A stretch of DNA of 43,979 nt from Candidatus Heimdallarchaeota archaeon (GCA_018238155.1 JABCTZ010000023.1:1-43979), one strand, 5' to 3'; shown: positions 18,050-29,122, counted from the stretch's first letter. The notes: a model not told the origin generated them from the sequence alone. Numbers and translations: made by a program.

Positions 18050-20047
18050 TCAAACTGATAATATTGGTAATTTTTTGTCTTTCATTTTATTTCTGCATGA
18101 GTTTAGGAATTGAGATCTTTCTTCTTTAGGCAATTTATCTCTTTTGACAATATAATCTGTATATAGGTCTTTATTTTTGATTAATCTGTCTAATAATTTG
18201 TTTTTAATTTCCAAATATTTTGTTGGAATTTTCCTAATATATTTTTTGCCGATATAATTCAAGCAATGATCAAGTCTTTCAAAATAGATTCTTACTTTTT
18301 CCTCTTCTGGTAAAGTTATTCCAGGTAAACTTGTACTTTTAACTCTTTGATCTATTAAACCTAGAAAAGTAAGTTTGTTTAATAAAACATCAAAATATGA
18401 TGAGTATTTGCTTTCAATAGATGATATTTTCTCACACTTGAAGTCAATATCTTTGATAAAACTAATAGCAAATTCTTGGAGATTTACAACCCCTGTTGCC
18501 CATAATCTTATATGTTCAACAATTTCTTTACCGAAATCACGCAATGCGCTTAATATCAAGAGAATAAAATCACAAGGAAGTATTTCATTATTATCACATA
18601 AGGTTTTTCGATAGTCGATATTTTCTTTATCAATAATGCCATATATCTTTTCAATTAACTGATTCGTACTAATTTTTGGATTTGTATTAGAATAAACAGC
18701 AATAAATGAATTTTGAATAGAATCCTTTAGTATTCCCTTAATAATATTAGAAGCATTTAGAACTGAGCTAGAAATGGGTTTTCTTTCATCACCATCAATA
18801 AGATTCAGTCTGTTTTCATAATATGTTACCGATAATGTTAGAGGAGGTGGTGAAATAAATGAAAAGTCCAACATCAAATCCATTTTTTGATCTTTTATTA
18901 GCATATTTTCAGCCCGAATTCTACAAGGATATTCTTTCTCAAATAAGAAATAATTATTCTTTATAATAGGATCCAGGAATTTCATTTTTACTTGTAATAT
19001 TTCATTTGCAATATTACCTTGTATTGCTTGCAATCCAATGTTATTAGGTTTTTTATTACCTCTTGGGTTTCCGTATAATTTACAGTAAGCATCAAAATCC
19101 GTCCATTCTTCATGTATATTGGCTAAAAGTTTTGTGTAATCAATTGTAGCATTTTTCTTGCATTTTAATAGGAAATCTTTCATAGCATTCATTAACATAT
19201 AATTGGCTATGCGATTTTTTTTATCATATTGAATGGTTGAAATTAATTGGTATCGTGAATTAAGCAGATTTTCTGCAATATTAATTTTGTCAAGTTTTAA
19301 CTGTATGGCAATATTAACAGGAAAATCACTATCTTTCTTACCTTTAGTTTCCTTCAGAACAAATGAATCCGCGATTAGATCTATATCAATATTAACAGGT
19401 AATCCACAATGATAATTATCCCTTACTATGTAATCTACTTTATCGCAATCCAAATCTCCATCTATTAATTTGTGAAGTATTGAAATGTGTTTATATTTTT
19501 TTAATTCTCCTACAAGAAATTTTGAGATATTTGTATAATTTATTATCTTATGATTAAGAAGTTTTTTTAGTTCACTATTTTCTTTAATTAAATTGCTTGT
19601 GTAAATATCATGTGAGTATTTACCTCCAGGATACAAATTTGGATATCTTTGAAATACCCATTCTACAGTATGGGAAAAAGGTGGATGCCCTAAATCATGC
19701 AAAAGAGCTGCAATTCTAATGAACTGCAAAGTTGTTTCATAGCTTTTTTCATCACCTTCAATGATGAAATCAGCATATCTTTTTAACTTCTCAATTTTTT
19801 TTGCAATTTTATAAGCTACATGCATAGTACCTATAGAATGTTCGTATCTTGTATGAGTTGCACCAGAAAACGTGATATAAGCTAAACTCATTTGTCTGAT
19901 ATTTCTTAATCTTTTAAAAATATCAGTGTTAATTATCTCTTTCTCAATTTCTGTTATAGGAATATATTTCCAAACAGGATCATATATAAAATCAACAAAT
20001 TTTAACGGTTCCAAAATAACCCACTTTCCTTTGCAATTATAATACAA
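18050..20047 (-). CDS. HD-domain phosphohydrolase, SAMHD1/dNTPase-like, with long C-terminal extension (likely start TTG at 20014)
   Basis: IYDPVW, RLRNIRQ, HTRYEHSIG, LLHDLGHPPFSH, DCDKVDYIVRD. Confidence 0.9.
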   Translation of the reverse strand: MYYNCKGKWVILEPLKFVDFIYDPVWKYIPITEIEKEIINTDIFKRLRNIRQMSLAYITFSGATHTRYEHSIGTMHVAYKIAKKIEKLKRYADFIIEGDEKSYETTLQFIRIAALLHDLGHPPFSHTVEWVFQRYPNLYPGGKYSHDIYTSNLIKENSELKKLLNHKIINYTNISKFLVGELKKYKHISILHKLIDGDLDCDKVDYIVRDNYHCGLPVNIDIDLIADSFVLKETKGKKDSDFPVNIAIQLKLDKINIAENLLNSRYQLISTIQYDKKNRIANYMLMNAMKDFLLKCKKNATIDYTKLLANIHEEWTDFDAYCKLYGNPRGNKKPNNIGLQAIQGNIANEILQVKMKFLDPIIKNNYFLFEKEYPCRIRAENMLIKDQKMDLMLDFSFISPPPLTLSVTYYENRLNLIDGDERKPISSSVLNASNIIKGILKDSIQNSFIAVYSNTNPKISTNQLIEKIYGIIDKENIDYRKTLCDNNEILPCDFILLILSALRDFGKEIVEHIRLWATGVVNLQEFAISFIKDIDFKCEKISSIESKYSSYFDVLLNKLTFLGLIDQRVKSTSLPGITLPEEEKVRIYFERLDHCLNYIGKKYIRKIPTKYLEIKNKLLDRLIKNKDLYTDYIVKRDKLPKEERSQFLNSCRNKMKDKKLPILSV

Positions 20048-20257
20048 TTATTTGAATATTTATAATTTTTATTGTCCTAAAAAACAAAAATAGAGAAAAA
20101 AGGAAGATGAGGAATTAATTCTGAAGAAATTGAGAGATAAACCCATTATTTTCCCTTTTCAGAATCTAATTTCTTTAATTTTAGAAGCAAAGTTCTGAAA
20201 GATTTTCTTCTTATTTAAAATCCTTCTTTTTTTGTATACAATTTGCTGATTTAACTA

Positions 20258-20300
20258 TCTAATCCTTCAAGAAGAAGCGAGGGCAGAGAATCATACATTC
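20258..20300 (+). repeat. Palindromic element copy R4 (partial 5' block)
   Basis: CCTTCAAGAAGAAGCGAGGGCAGAGAATCATAC; same variant as 42117-42180. Confidence 0.85.
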
Positions 20301-20415
20301 TATCATTTACTTGTTTTCTTTTTTCCTTCTTTTATTCAACTATTGTTAGTAGAGGTTAGTGTTTGTGAATGTTTTTATAAAGATAGATTGCTTATAGTTA
20401 GTTAGTGATTATGTA

Positions 20416-20655
20416 TTGACCAGTGATTGGAAAGCACAAATAGCTTCAAAGGTAACCATCTGTCATGGGAAGGTGTGTATAAAGAACACTCGAGTGATGC
20501 TTTCTGTTATACTCGATTGTGTGGCAGAAGGGATGTCCGAAGAAGCAATTCTCAAAGAATACCCCTCTTTGAAGAAAGGGGATGTAAGCATTGCTCTGCA
20601 ATATGCTGCTTCTCTTGCTCGTGGAGAGACTATTCCATTAAAAATTGAGAGTTGA
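20416..20655 (+). CDS. DUF433 antitoxin
   Basis: ICHGKVCIKNTRV..ILKEYPSL..DV..ALQYA pattern; upstream of a PIN gene. Confidence 0.9.
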   Translation: MTSDWKAQIASKVTICHGKVCIKNTRVMLSVILDCVAEGMSEEAILKEYPSLKKGDVSIALQYAASLARGETIPLKIES

Positions 20656-20665
20656 AGGTGCATCT

Positions 20666-21031
20666 ATGAAATTTAAACTGGATGAGAACATTCCTTTTTC
20701 TTTGAAAAAACTTATTGAAGCGACAGGAGACCATCAAGTTGATAGTGTCTTTCATGAAAAGAAAACAGGAATAGATGATCATTCTCTACTAAAGCTTTGT
20801 TTACAAGAACAAAGAATTCTCATTTCACTAGATGCTGATTTTAATAATCCAATTATGCATCCACAAGAAACACTATTTGGGATGATTATTCTTCGACCTA
20901 CTTCTCAAGGTAAACAAGCTGTTTCTGATTTATTTACTAATTTCCTTGCTAGCTTTAAACTTGATGATGTAGTAAATAAAGTATTAATCGTTGAATACAA
21001 TAACATCACCATTCGTTGGGATTGTGTCTAA
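20666..21031 (+). CDS. DUF5615 PIN-like toxin (VapC45-type)
   Basis: MKFKLDENIP..GIDDHSL..RILISLDADF..GMIILR; GAAGGTG RBS before ATG 20666. Confidence 0.9.
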   Translation: MKFKLDENIPFSLKKLIEATGDHQVDSVFHEKKTGIDDHSLLKLCLQEQRILISLDADFNNPIMHPQETLFGMIILRPTSQGKQAVSDLFTNFLASFKLDDVVNKVLIVEYNNITIRWDCV

Positions 21032-21047
21032 TTTTATACAGAAATAA

Positions 21048-21226
21048 GTGTGTCCTCCCCGAAATGGACTTCTAGACCTTCAAGGAGAAGCGAGGGGCGT
21101 AGATTCTACAAGATAATTATCAGTTATTTTTTATTTTCTTTTATTTATCCCTATAACCTCAGGTGAGACTAGGGTTATTTGAACGAAAAAGGATCTACTT
21201 ATTTTTTAGTTAACTTGAAGAAGTAA
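21048..21226 (+). repeat. Palindromic element copy R5 (full length, reference copy)
   Basis: All blocks present: CCGAAATGG-CTTCTAGACCTTCAAG, GTAGATTCTAC, CCCTA-CTCAGGTGAG-TAGGG, GGATCTAC, TTAACTTGAAGAAGTAA. Confidence 0.97.
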
Positions 21227-21417
21227 CCATTCTCTTCTATTTGAACAACAAACTCATCATACCCTGAGCTGTTTGATAGAGCTCAGAATCTTCAATATTC
21301 CCTTGAGTGAATAGAAAATTCATTTCCCTATTACTTATGACAATAATTTTAATTATTGAAAGTTATAAATTAAATAACAAGAATTCAGAACCAAATTTTT
21401 AACTTGGAGAGATTTTA

Positions 21418-23466
21418 ATGGGAATGGTTAATGAGTACTTAAAGAAGAGTCTTGAGCAACTGTCAAGTGAATCCCTCCAAGAGAGAAGAGCTGCTGCGGT
21501 AATATTGGGTAAGATTGGGAATAATGATGCCGTTGCTCCTTTGTTAAAATGTTTGAATGATTCTAATCCCTCTGTACAGAAAGCTATCATTAGAGCTTTA
21601 AAGGAAATAGCTGATAGTAGAGCAATTGAACCTCTAATATCTCTATTCAAAATGACTTCTCTCACCAAAGTAAAAGCACAGATTGCTTGGGCATTAGGTT
21701 ATTTCATTTACGATGATTTTGATTTAGAATTCTTATTAGATTCTTTAAAAGAAGATAGTTTGTATCTTCAAGAAAAAATTGTTTTTGCATTTGGAAATAA
21801 GCGGTATAAAAAAAGCATTCCAGAACTTATCCAGATAATCGAATCAGCTGATACTATTTCCTTAAGACAAATGGCTATGTGGGCTCTTGCCAGAATGCCT
21901 GATAGTCAAGTTCTTGAACCTTTGATCAACGCACTAAATGATCCAAATGAAAAAATTAGACGACGTGCAACAAAATCGTTGTATTGTTCACCGTACACTA
22001 AAACACAGCTTGCTTCGATTTTCAATAGAATACATGACAAGAGTTTCTATGGTACTTCAAATGTTATTCACTTAATTGGTCAGCTAAGATATTATCCAGC
22101 TATACCCCATTTGATATCGATTGTTAGGAGCGAATCAAATCTTAGGCTAAGAGAAACCACTGTTCGAGCGTTAAGCCGTATGGGTGATGCTCAAGTATAC
22201 CGATTATTTGTTAAATTACTTGATGACCCCTCCATGAAGATTCGAGTTACTGTTATCAATTATATTAAATATGATCATAATCTTGAGGTAGAAATAATTG
22301 CTAAAGTAATTGATAAATTAGATGATGAGACAACAGAAGTTCGTTTAGCAATTGCAAGATTTATTCACGCAATAACAGGCACATTATCAATACCAATAGA
22401 GCTCTATAATAGAATGCCAAAATTACTCGCAATATCAGAAAATGATCGGGATAGACAGGTGAGGAATCAGTTACAATATGCACTTCTCCCTATAATTAAA
22501 GGACATGTTAGCAAAGAATTAAATGAAAATTTCAAATTTAGTTTTGGGTGTAAAAAAAATATCAAAAGAAGAAAACCTAAAGACCCATTAGATGAGCTAA
22601 CTTTTCCCAAAAAACCTGCAAGAATTACTAACCTTTCTTCTGAAATAATTAGAGATGTTGGCAAATTGCTCTCTATTATAGAGCAAGACACTTGTTGGTT
22701 ACAACGATGGAAAGCTACAGTAGCGTTGGCTAAACATTACAATAATCCAAGAATAATTGAGCCTTTAATTATTGCCTCTAAGGATCAACATACGAAAGTT
22801 AGATTAGCAGCAGTATATTGTTTACAGAAGACAAAAAATCCGAAAGCCCTTGAACCATTACTTGATGCGCTGAATGACATTGATAGGAGAGTTCGAAGAA
22901 CTGCATCCTACTCCTTAGATGCTATTTTTGATATCAAAGAGAAAGTGCCATCACTACTTGCAAACCTAAAAGATAAAACATTTCTGGGACGAGTTGAAAT
23001 TATTCGATTTCTAAAAGAGATGGAACCCGAGCTATATCTAGATACCTACCTCGAATTGCTTGTTACTGAGGAAGATCGAGATTTAATAAAAGCAATATTG
23101 TATGTATTTTATAATCATCGTAATGATAAAATTTTGAATGCTTTAATAGAAATAATGAATAACTCCATTGATGAATTCAGAGGAAATTGCTTGTCTATTT
23201 TACTCTATGGGCCACATCTCGTAAAAACAAAGAAAGAAGAACTGCTTAAACTATACAATGATTCAGAAAGCTATGGAAGGTATGAAATATTCTATCTTCT
23301 AGGAGGAGAAAATATTAAAAGAGCCATTTGTTCTGACAAATTTATTATCGAAGGCTTGTTTAGCGAACTCTTCTTTCTTAAAAGTGCTGCCAGAGAGTTA
23401 CTATTGTTTCACCAAAAAGGTTCTCTTCTTCCTAAGGATTACAATGAAGTAATTAGATTACATTAA
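21418..23466 (+). CDS. HEAT/PBS-lyase repeat protein
   Basis: Repeated RRAAAVILGKIG..AVAPLL..LND units; paralogue of 34804-37278. Confidence 0.9.
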   Translation: MGMVNEYLKKSLEQLSSESLQERRAAAVILGKIGNNDAVAPLLKCLNDSNPSVQKAIIRALKEIADSRAIEPLISLFKMTSLTKVKAQIAWALGYFIYDDFDLEFLLDSLKEDSLYLQEKIVFAFGNKRYKKSIPELIQIIESADTISLRQMAMWALARMPDSQVLEPLINALNDPNEKIRRRATKSLYCSPYTKTQLASIFNRIHDKSFYGTSNVIHLIGQLRYYPAIPHLISIVRSESNLRLRETTVRALSRMGDAQVYRLFVKLLDDPSMKIRVTVINYIKYDHNLEVEIIAKVIDKLDDETTEVRLAIARFIHAITGTLSIPIELYNRMPKLLAISENDRDRQVRNQLQYALLPIIKGHVSKELNENFKFSFGCKKNIKRRKPKDPLDELTFPKKPARITNLSSEIIRDVGKLLSIIEQDTCWLQRWKATVALAKHYNNPRIIEPLIIASKDQHTKVRLAAVYCLQKTKNPKALEPLLDALNDIDRRVRRTASYSLDAIFDIKEKVPSLLANLKDKTFLGRVEIIRFLKEMEPELYLDTYLELLVTEEDRDLIKAILYVFYNHRNDKILNALIEIMNNSIDEFRGNCLSILLYGPHLVKTKKEELLKLYNDSESYGRYEIFYLLGGENIKRAICSDKFIIEGLFSELFFLKSAARELLLFHQKGSLLPKDYNEVIRLH

Positions 23467-23580
23467 GTAGTTTCTAGTATAAACTTTACAAAAAACTCCG
23501 TAGTTGTATTCTCCCGTTTTATCTTTTCATAAAAATGAATTAAATCATTCAATACTCATTATTGCTAATTTTATCTAGTG

Positions 23581-23755
23581 TGTACTTACCACCTAAGCGT
23601 GTCATTACCGAAATGGACTTCTAGACCTTAAAGAAGAAGCGAGGGCCGTAGATTCTACGGTTTTTTATCTTTTTATCCCTACAATCTCAGGTGAGACTAG
23701 GGTTACTTGAACGAAAGAAGGATCAACATATTTTTTAGTTAACTTGAAGAAGTAA
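23581..23755 (+). repeat. Palindromic element copy R6 (full length)
   Basis: All blocks present with a shortened T-rich spacer. Confidence 0.97.
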
Positions 23756-23831
23756 TCACTCTTGGTCGAATTTTTTCCGAGTAATTTAATTTTTGACTCA
23801 TATATTCATGTATTTTTTTTGAAAGAAAGGA

Positions 23832-24656
23832 TTATTCATATTTCTGATGTGTTCTAAATTGCAGTATTTTTTGAAATGTTTCCCTAGTAATCTCTTGTAT
23901 TTCTCGCTTTTTAGATAAATAAGGTATTGTTCTATATCCATTGTATCGTAAGATTTCTAGCGGTTGGATTAGATTTCTATTCAATTCTCTTTTCAACCAG
24001 CTAAGATATTCTCTCACAAAGTGGAAACTATTTATTTCATACTCATCAAGTTTGCTAGCAATATCATCAATTTCTTCAAAATCTGGAGAATCTAGAGCTT
24101 CTAGAGAAGCTAGAAGCTTGTAATCAAAATATGCTATACAATTATTCGCAAACAAAAGAAATGCTTGTTTTGGGGTCATTTCCAAGCAATGGTCTAGGAG
24201 TATAACTTCTTCAATAATTGGTTCTCTAAATCCTTGGTTTATTTCTATTACAAAATGCGTCCAATTTTTCATTTGAATAGGCTGTTCATTTCTTATATTC
24301 ATCTCAAGTGAATATTGAAAATATTGGTTTTCAACACCAGCCCATAGTTCTAATAGAGAATAAACATTAGGTTTCTTATTTTGTGTGTTCTTTCGTATCC
24401 CATTGATAATTTTTTGTTGTTTCTCTCCTTGGAAAAATCGTCTGCATTCTACTGGAAAATCTTCTTCGAAGTTAGTATATAACCAAAGTAAAGAATTAAA
24501 TGCCCCTTGAATCTTATGGATAACATTCCATGGTCGATTATTAAACAGGAACTTATCGTTTATTATTGCAAAGATATTCGATCTATTATCGAAATCACTT
24601 GAGATAAGTAATGGAACAGAATAGTTCTTTGGTAGAGTATTATCTTCGTTTTTCAT
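23832..24656 (-). CDS. Uncharacterised paralogue family member 1
   Basis: Shared motifs PLLIS, IFAIIND, FNSLLWLY, MTPKQAFLLFANN, YLSWL.REL, PLE.L.YNGY. Confidence 0.8.
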   Translation of the reverse strand: MKNEDNTLPKNYSVPLLISSDFDNRSNIFAIINDKFLFNNRPWNVIHKIQGAFNSLLWLYTNFEEDFPVECRRFFQGEKQQKIINGIRKNTQNKKPNVYSLLELWAGVENQYFQYSLEMNIRNEQPIQMKNWTHFVIEINQGFREPIIEEVILLDHCLEMTPKQAFLLFANNCIAYFDYKLLASLEALDSPDFEEIDDIASKLDEYEINSFHFVREYLSWLKRELNRNLIQPLEILRYNGYRTIPYLSKKREIQEITRETFQKILQFRTHQKYE

Positions 24657-25636
24657 TGTATCAACTCCAAAGATTCTTCTTGATCATTACATAGATTTTC
24701 TATCAAAGTATCAATCTCAGCACAATCCTTAGAAGAAAGGATTTCTTTTTTATCTGTTTTATTACTTTGTTTTACTTGTTGGATTAACATTTTCGTATAT
24801 TCTTTATCCTTTATTTTTTGATAGAAAGAATAATATAAGAGTAATTCATTTTTTGGGATTGTATTGTATTGTTGTAATTTTCGAAATATTTCACAAACAA
24901 ACTCATGCACTGCTGATTGCTTTAATAAAAGAGATAAAGTATTATAACCGTTATGTTGCAAAACCTCTAGAGGTTTAATTACTCCTGCATCTAATTCTCT
25001 TCTCAACCAGCTAAGATATCCTTTTATAAAGTATCCAGTGAGTATTTTCTCTTCTTTTATTTCCCAAAGGTAATATCCATATTCAACATTATGTAAATTT
25101 CCATAATGAGCTATATAGTTATTTGCAAACAAAAGAAATGCTTGTTGTGGGGTCATTTCCAAGCAATAATCTAGTTGTATGACCTCTTCAATTAGTATAA
25201 TATTTCCTTGACGATTTGTTTCAATTACAAATTGCGTCCAATTCTTCATTTGGATGGGTAGTTCTTTATTCCTATTGATTTCTAGGGAATATTGGATGTG
25301 ATGAGATTTTGAACCATTTACATCCAATAGACAAAAGATATTAGGTTTTTGTTGTATCTCATTTTCCTCCCACTTTTCTCTAAAATAATCTAATTCTGGA
25401 TCATCTTCAAAGTGCTCTCTGCATTCTTCTGGAATGATTTCTCTAAAATGTGTATATAACCAAAACATCGAATTAAAATTCCAATTTCTATAAAAGTGAA
25501 CATCCCAACCTGGTTTCTTGAACAAAACTTCATCATTTATTATAGCAAAGATATTCTCTTCCTTTATGTTCCTCCCCCCCGAGATGAGTAATGGTATAGT
25601 AAATTTATCAGATATTTCATTATTATTTCCATTCAT
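24653..25636 (-). CDS. Uncharacterised paralogue family member 2
   Basis: Same motifs; ATGA overlap with member 1. Confidence 0.8.
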   Translation of the reverse strand: MNGNNNEISDKFTIPLLISGGRNIKEENIFAIINDEVLFKKPGWDVHFYRNWNFNSMFWLYTHFREIIPEECREHFEDDPELDYFREKWEENEIQQKPNIFCLLDVNGSKSHHIQYSLEINRNKELPIQMKNWTQFVIETNRQGNIILIEEVIQLDYCLEMTPQQAFLLFANNYIAHYGNLHNVEYGYYLWEIKEEKILTGYFIKGYLSWLRRELDAGVIKPLEVLQHNGYNTLSLLLKQSAVHEFVCEIFRKLQQYNTIPKNELLLYYSFYQKIKDKEYTKMLIQQVKQSNKTDKKEILSSKDCAEIDTLIENLCNDQEESLELIQ

Positions 25637-26020
25637 AAAACCAATCCCTGATATTTATTTCTAAGAAGTTTCTTCATATTTAAAATCTATGTTTTCATAT
25701 CATTATTTGACTTTCATTTATATAACTATAGAATAAAAGTAATAAAATCTCTGGAAGTTTTTACGCTATAAATAGAATATGTATATATATCTTAACATCA
25801 TAATTTTTCAAATTACCTATTGGAGGAAATATGGGGTTCTTACAATCCTTTCTTTGATTAATAGGTAACTATAGAATATAATATATCGAAATGGGGTAAT
25901 TTTTGAAAAAAAATAATAATACTAATAGGGTTAGCAATAGACAAAAAATTTATGTTTTGGTTCTTTGTTTTATAGTTCTTCTTTCTACTATACCACAGAG
26001 CAGCAATGCAAAAATAGCAG

Positions 26021-29000
26021 TTGAACATAAAAAAAAAGATAAAGTATAACAATAAAATTCTTAGTCTTTCTAAGGAAATAGACTATGATTCATGCAAGTC
26101 TAAAATGGATTTATTGTTAAAAGGTCTATTATGCAGTTATGACTTAGCATTTGAAACAAGGACTTATTTCGCAGCAATGGCTCCACAATTAGGTATAACT
26201 AGTGACAAGGATTTAAATCTCTTACTCACTGCATTCGAAATAGCTAAGATATATGATGCTAAAGTGCTGGAAGGGGAAAAGATGTTCCTAATTATCAAAG
26301 ACAATGAATGGTGTATTCTACTAGCACATGGCTCACAACATAGAAATGAGAAAATAGATAAAATTGCTAGTATAATGTCTGATACTTTTGAATTTGGTAT
26401 CCTAGGAATGTGTTATTCATCAAAATATGCACTCAGAAGCAATATCTGCGGATTTTCTTATGAAGTAACTATTACTGATGTGATAAAAAAATTACAATCC
26501 ATAACGGGTGAGAAAAAGAATCTTAATACAATACTCAGTTCTTCACTTAAGAATTATAAACTTACAGTTACTCCACAGTGTTTTTCTGTTACTAATGTAT
26601 TTGCAATAACTGGAATATTTGCATACATAACAGGATTAAAGGCATATTCAAAACACAAATTAATACCATATTCCAATATTCTAGTTCTGACTGAATTTGG
26701 GGCAGAACATATAAGTGGTTCAAGTTCGAATGTAGTAAATAGTGATATTGAATTAATATTATCTAATACTGATATACAAGGTGTTTATCGAGCTTGTATC
26801 CTAGTCATTTTTGACAGTTTATTGCATTTAGTAATTGCTAGATTTTCACTAATGGATGCAAAATCAATTACATATATCATAGTAGGACCAGAAAGACTGT
26901 ATGGAAATCCCAATCTTGTTATGAAAGGTCTAGAAATAAAAAATGCTGGAAAAATGATTAGTCAAGAAGAGTTAATCGGAGTAGTTACTATAGGTTTACT
27001 TCTCGCTAAGTTATGGAGTTATTTAAAAAATCATTATGGGAAAAGAATTAAAGAGGAAAGAATCATCTCTTCACCTAAACCAACTAGTGGATTGTTACAA
27101 GCTCCTGATTTAATTTCAGATTACATAGCAGCTGCTCCTCTTGGTGGCTATCCCAATAGATTCGCTCAAGATTTATGGGCTGAAATAACAACTTTACTTG
27201 TAAATGGTGCTGAATGGATTTATGGTGTTATACTATATATATATCGTACGGTAATAGTTCCTAGATTAAATCAAGTTCCTGAGATATTGCTAGGTTTAGT
27301 CGTTGTAGCAGTTATAACTGCGCTAACAGCTTTTGGAATAGAAGAACTTGCACATTTTGATATTCCTGTTGCTGTGTTATGCTTCTCTTTAGTTGGTTTG
27401 ATGACTAAAGATTACTGCACTGTGCACTACCCACAATTCCAAAACCCATATAATAATCATAATCTTCCAATTGAAACAAATAACATAGAAGAGGATGATG
27501 ATCAGGATGGAATCAGTAATTCCGTTGAGGAGTATTATTATAATTTGTATCCTACAATATCAAACGGTTACACCAATCCAATAACTTGGCTTGATGGGAG
27601 TTTGGATCCTGATAATGATGAATTATCAACACTTTTCGAAATATCATTTGAAGATTTGACTTTAGATCCATTCCTATCAGATACTGATAGAGATGGTGTT
27701 AATGATTTAGAAGAAGTTAGGAATTTATATCCAGAGAATACTGATACAGATAGCGACAATATACCTGATATGATTGAAATGGCTTACTTTGAAGTTGAAA
27801 TTGCAGGTACAGTAAATGAAAATTCTCTATTAGGACAAGAGAATACTTGGTTGGAAGCTTCTGTGGATTATGACGAAGATGGTCTTACAACATTAACTGA
27901 AATAACTGCCGGTTCAGATCCATTTATTGTTGATACTGACTGCGATGGACTAGATGACAATCAAGAAATTCTTGTTTTATCAGATGGACTTGTCAGTTTT
28001 TATTCAAATCCTTCATTAAAAGATAGTGATTTTGATGGGCTCTCCGATAAAACAGAACACATCTTAGAATTGGATCCTCTAAATCCAGATCAAGATGGAG
28101 ATTCATTACTAGATGGCTGGGAATATTTTGCAAGTGAAATTGGTTGGAATTCAGGTAACGATATAGTTGACTCAATATTTGCAGATCCAGAAACACCTTG
28201 CAGTACAAACTGGTTTGATATGGATATTGACAATGATGGATTATCAAATTCATGCGAATCTTTTGCGTTTACAAATCCATATTCTTCTGATACAGACGGA
28301 GACGGATTACGAGATGATGAAGAAGTAATAAATGGACTTGATCCTACAAGCTCAGTTGAAGGATTTCTTGATTTTGATGAAGATGGTCTATCAACATCAC
28401 TAGAAATTGAAATAGGTACATTTTATAATATTGCTGATTCCGATGGAGATGGATTAACAGATGGAGAAGAATATTTGGGCTATAGAACAGATCCTTTAGA
28501 CGTTGATACAGATAATGATAACGTTGAAGATGGGATAGAAATCTATATCTTACACTCAAATCCAAACAATCCAGATACTGATGGAGATCAATTGACAGAT
28601 GACCTTGAGCGATACTTTTCTACGGACCCAAATAATGAAGATACAGATGGAGACGGTCTTCTTGATTTCGCAGAGATTTACACCCATGGAACAGACCCAC
28701 TTGATGTGGATACCGATGGAGATGGTTGGAAAGATGGGTATGAGGTTTATAGTTCTGGTACCAATCCTCGAAATAAAGACACCGATGGCGATGGTATAGA
28801 TGATCTTACAGAGTTCAACTGGTGGAAAAACAGTTATGGTCAATCGGATACTTCAGCATTTAGTAAAATAAAAGACTACGACTCAGATAACGATGGGCTT
28901 TCCGATGGTTATGAAAAGAGTCATAATTACAATCCTCTTGATAATGATATGGACAATGATGGCCTAACAGATGGTCATGAAGTCAATGTTTCCCATACAG

Positions 29001-29122
29001 ATCCAAATGATGCTGACAGTGATAACGATGGATATTCAGATGGATATGAAGTCTGTCATGGTACTGACCCCAACGATTCAACCGATTATCCTGGTAGTGG
29101 TGATATTGGTTTTGATCCATGA
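26021..29122 (+). CDS. Large membrane/surface protein with C-terminal DxDxDG (thrombospondin type-3-like) Ca-binding repeats; start uncertain
   Basis: Many DTDGDGLxDxxE repeats in the C-terminal half; hydrophobic segments mid-protein. Confidence 0.8.
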   Translation: MNIKKKIKYNNKILSLSKEIDYDSCKSKMDLLLKGLLCSYDLAFETRTYFAAMAPQLGITSDKDLNLLLTAFEIAKIYDAKVLEGEKMFLIIKDNEWCILLAHGSQHRNEKIDKIASIMSDTFEFGILGMCYSSKYALRSNICGFSYEVTITDVIKKLQSITGEKKNLNTILSSSLKNYKLTVTPQCFSVTNVFAITGIFAYITGLKAYSKHKLIPYSNILVLTEFGAEHISGSSSNVVNSDIELILSNTDIQGVYRACILVIFDSLLHLVIARFSLMDAKSITYIIVGPERLYGNPNLVMKGLEIKNAGKMISQEELIGVVTIGLLLAKLWSYLKNHYGKRIKEERIISSPKPTSGLLQAPDLISDYIAAAPLGGYPNRFAQDLWAEITTLLVNGAEWIYGVILYIYRTVIVPRLNQVPEILLGLVVVAVITALTAFGIEELAHFDIPVAVLCFSLVGLMTKDYCTVHYPQFQNPYNNHNLPIETNNIEEDDDQDGISNSVEEYYYNLYPTISNGYTNPITWLDGSLDPDNDELSTLFEISFEDLTLDPFLSDTDRDGVNDLEEVRNLYPENTDTDSDNIPDMIEMAYFEVEIAGTVNENSLLGQENTWLEASVDYDEDGLTTLTEITAGSDPFIVDTDCDGLDDNQEILVLSDGLVSFYSNPSLKDSDFDGLSDKTEHILELDPLNPDQDGDSLLDGWEYFASEIGWNSGNDIVDSIFADPETPCSTNWFDMDIDNDGLSNSCESFAFTNPYSSDTDGDGLRDDEEVINGLDPTSSVEGFLDFDEDGLSTSLEIEIGTFYNIADSDGDGLTDGEEYLGYRTDPLDVDTDNDNVEDGIEIYILHSNPNNPDTDGDQLTDDLERYFSTDPNNEDTDGDGLLDFAEIYTHGTDPLDVDTDGDGWKDGYEVYSSGTNPRNKDTDGDGIDDLTEFNWWKNSYGQSDTSAFSKIKDYDSDNDGLSDGYEKSHNYNPLDNDMDNDGLTDGHEVNVSHTDPNDADSDNDGYSDGYEVCHGTDPNDSTDYPGSGDIGFDP

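Noticed and set aside
21048-21226. Canonical integron attC site
   Set aside because: No clear RYYYAAC...GTTRRRY ends, cargo genes lie in both orientations and no intI is visible. Kept only as an analogy.
21264-21286. CTGAGCT/AGCTCAG hairpin upstream of the HEAT gene
   Set aside because: Single 7-bp stem, not repeated elsewhere; could arise by chance.
23832-25636. Diversity-generating retroelement TR/VR pair
   Set aside because: No reverse transcriptase in the window; the shared patches lie in conserved coding motifs of both genes and I saw no adenine-specific pattern.
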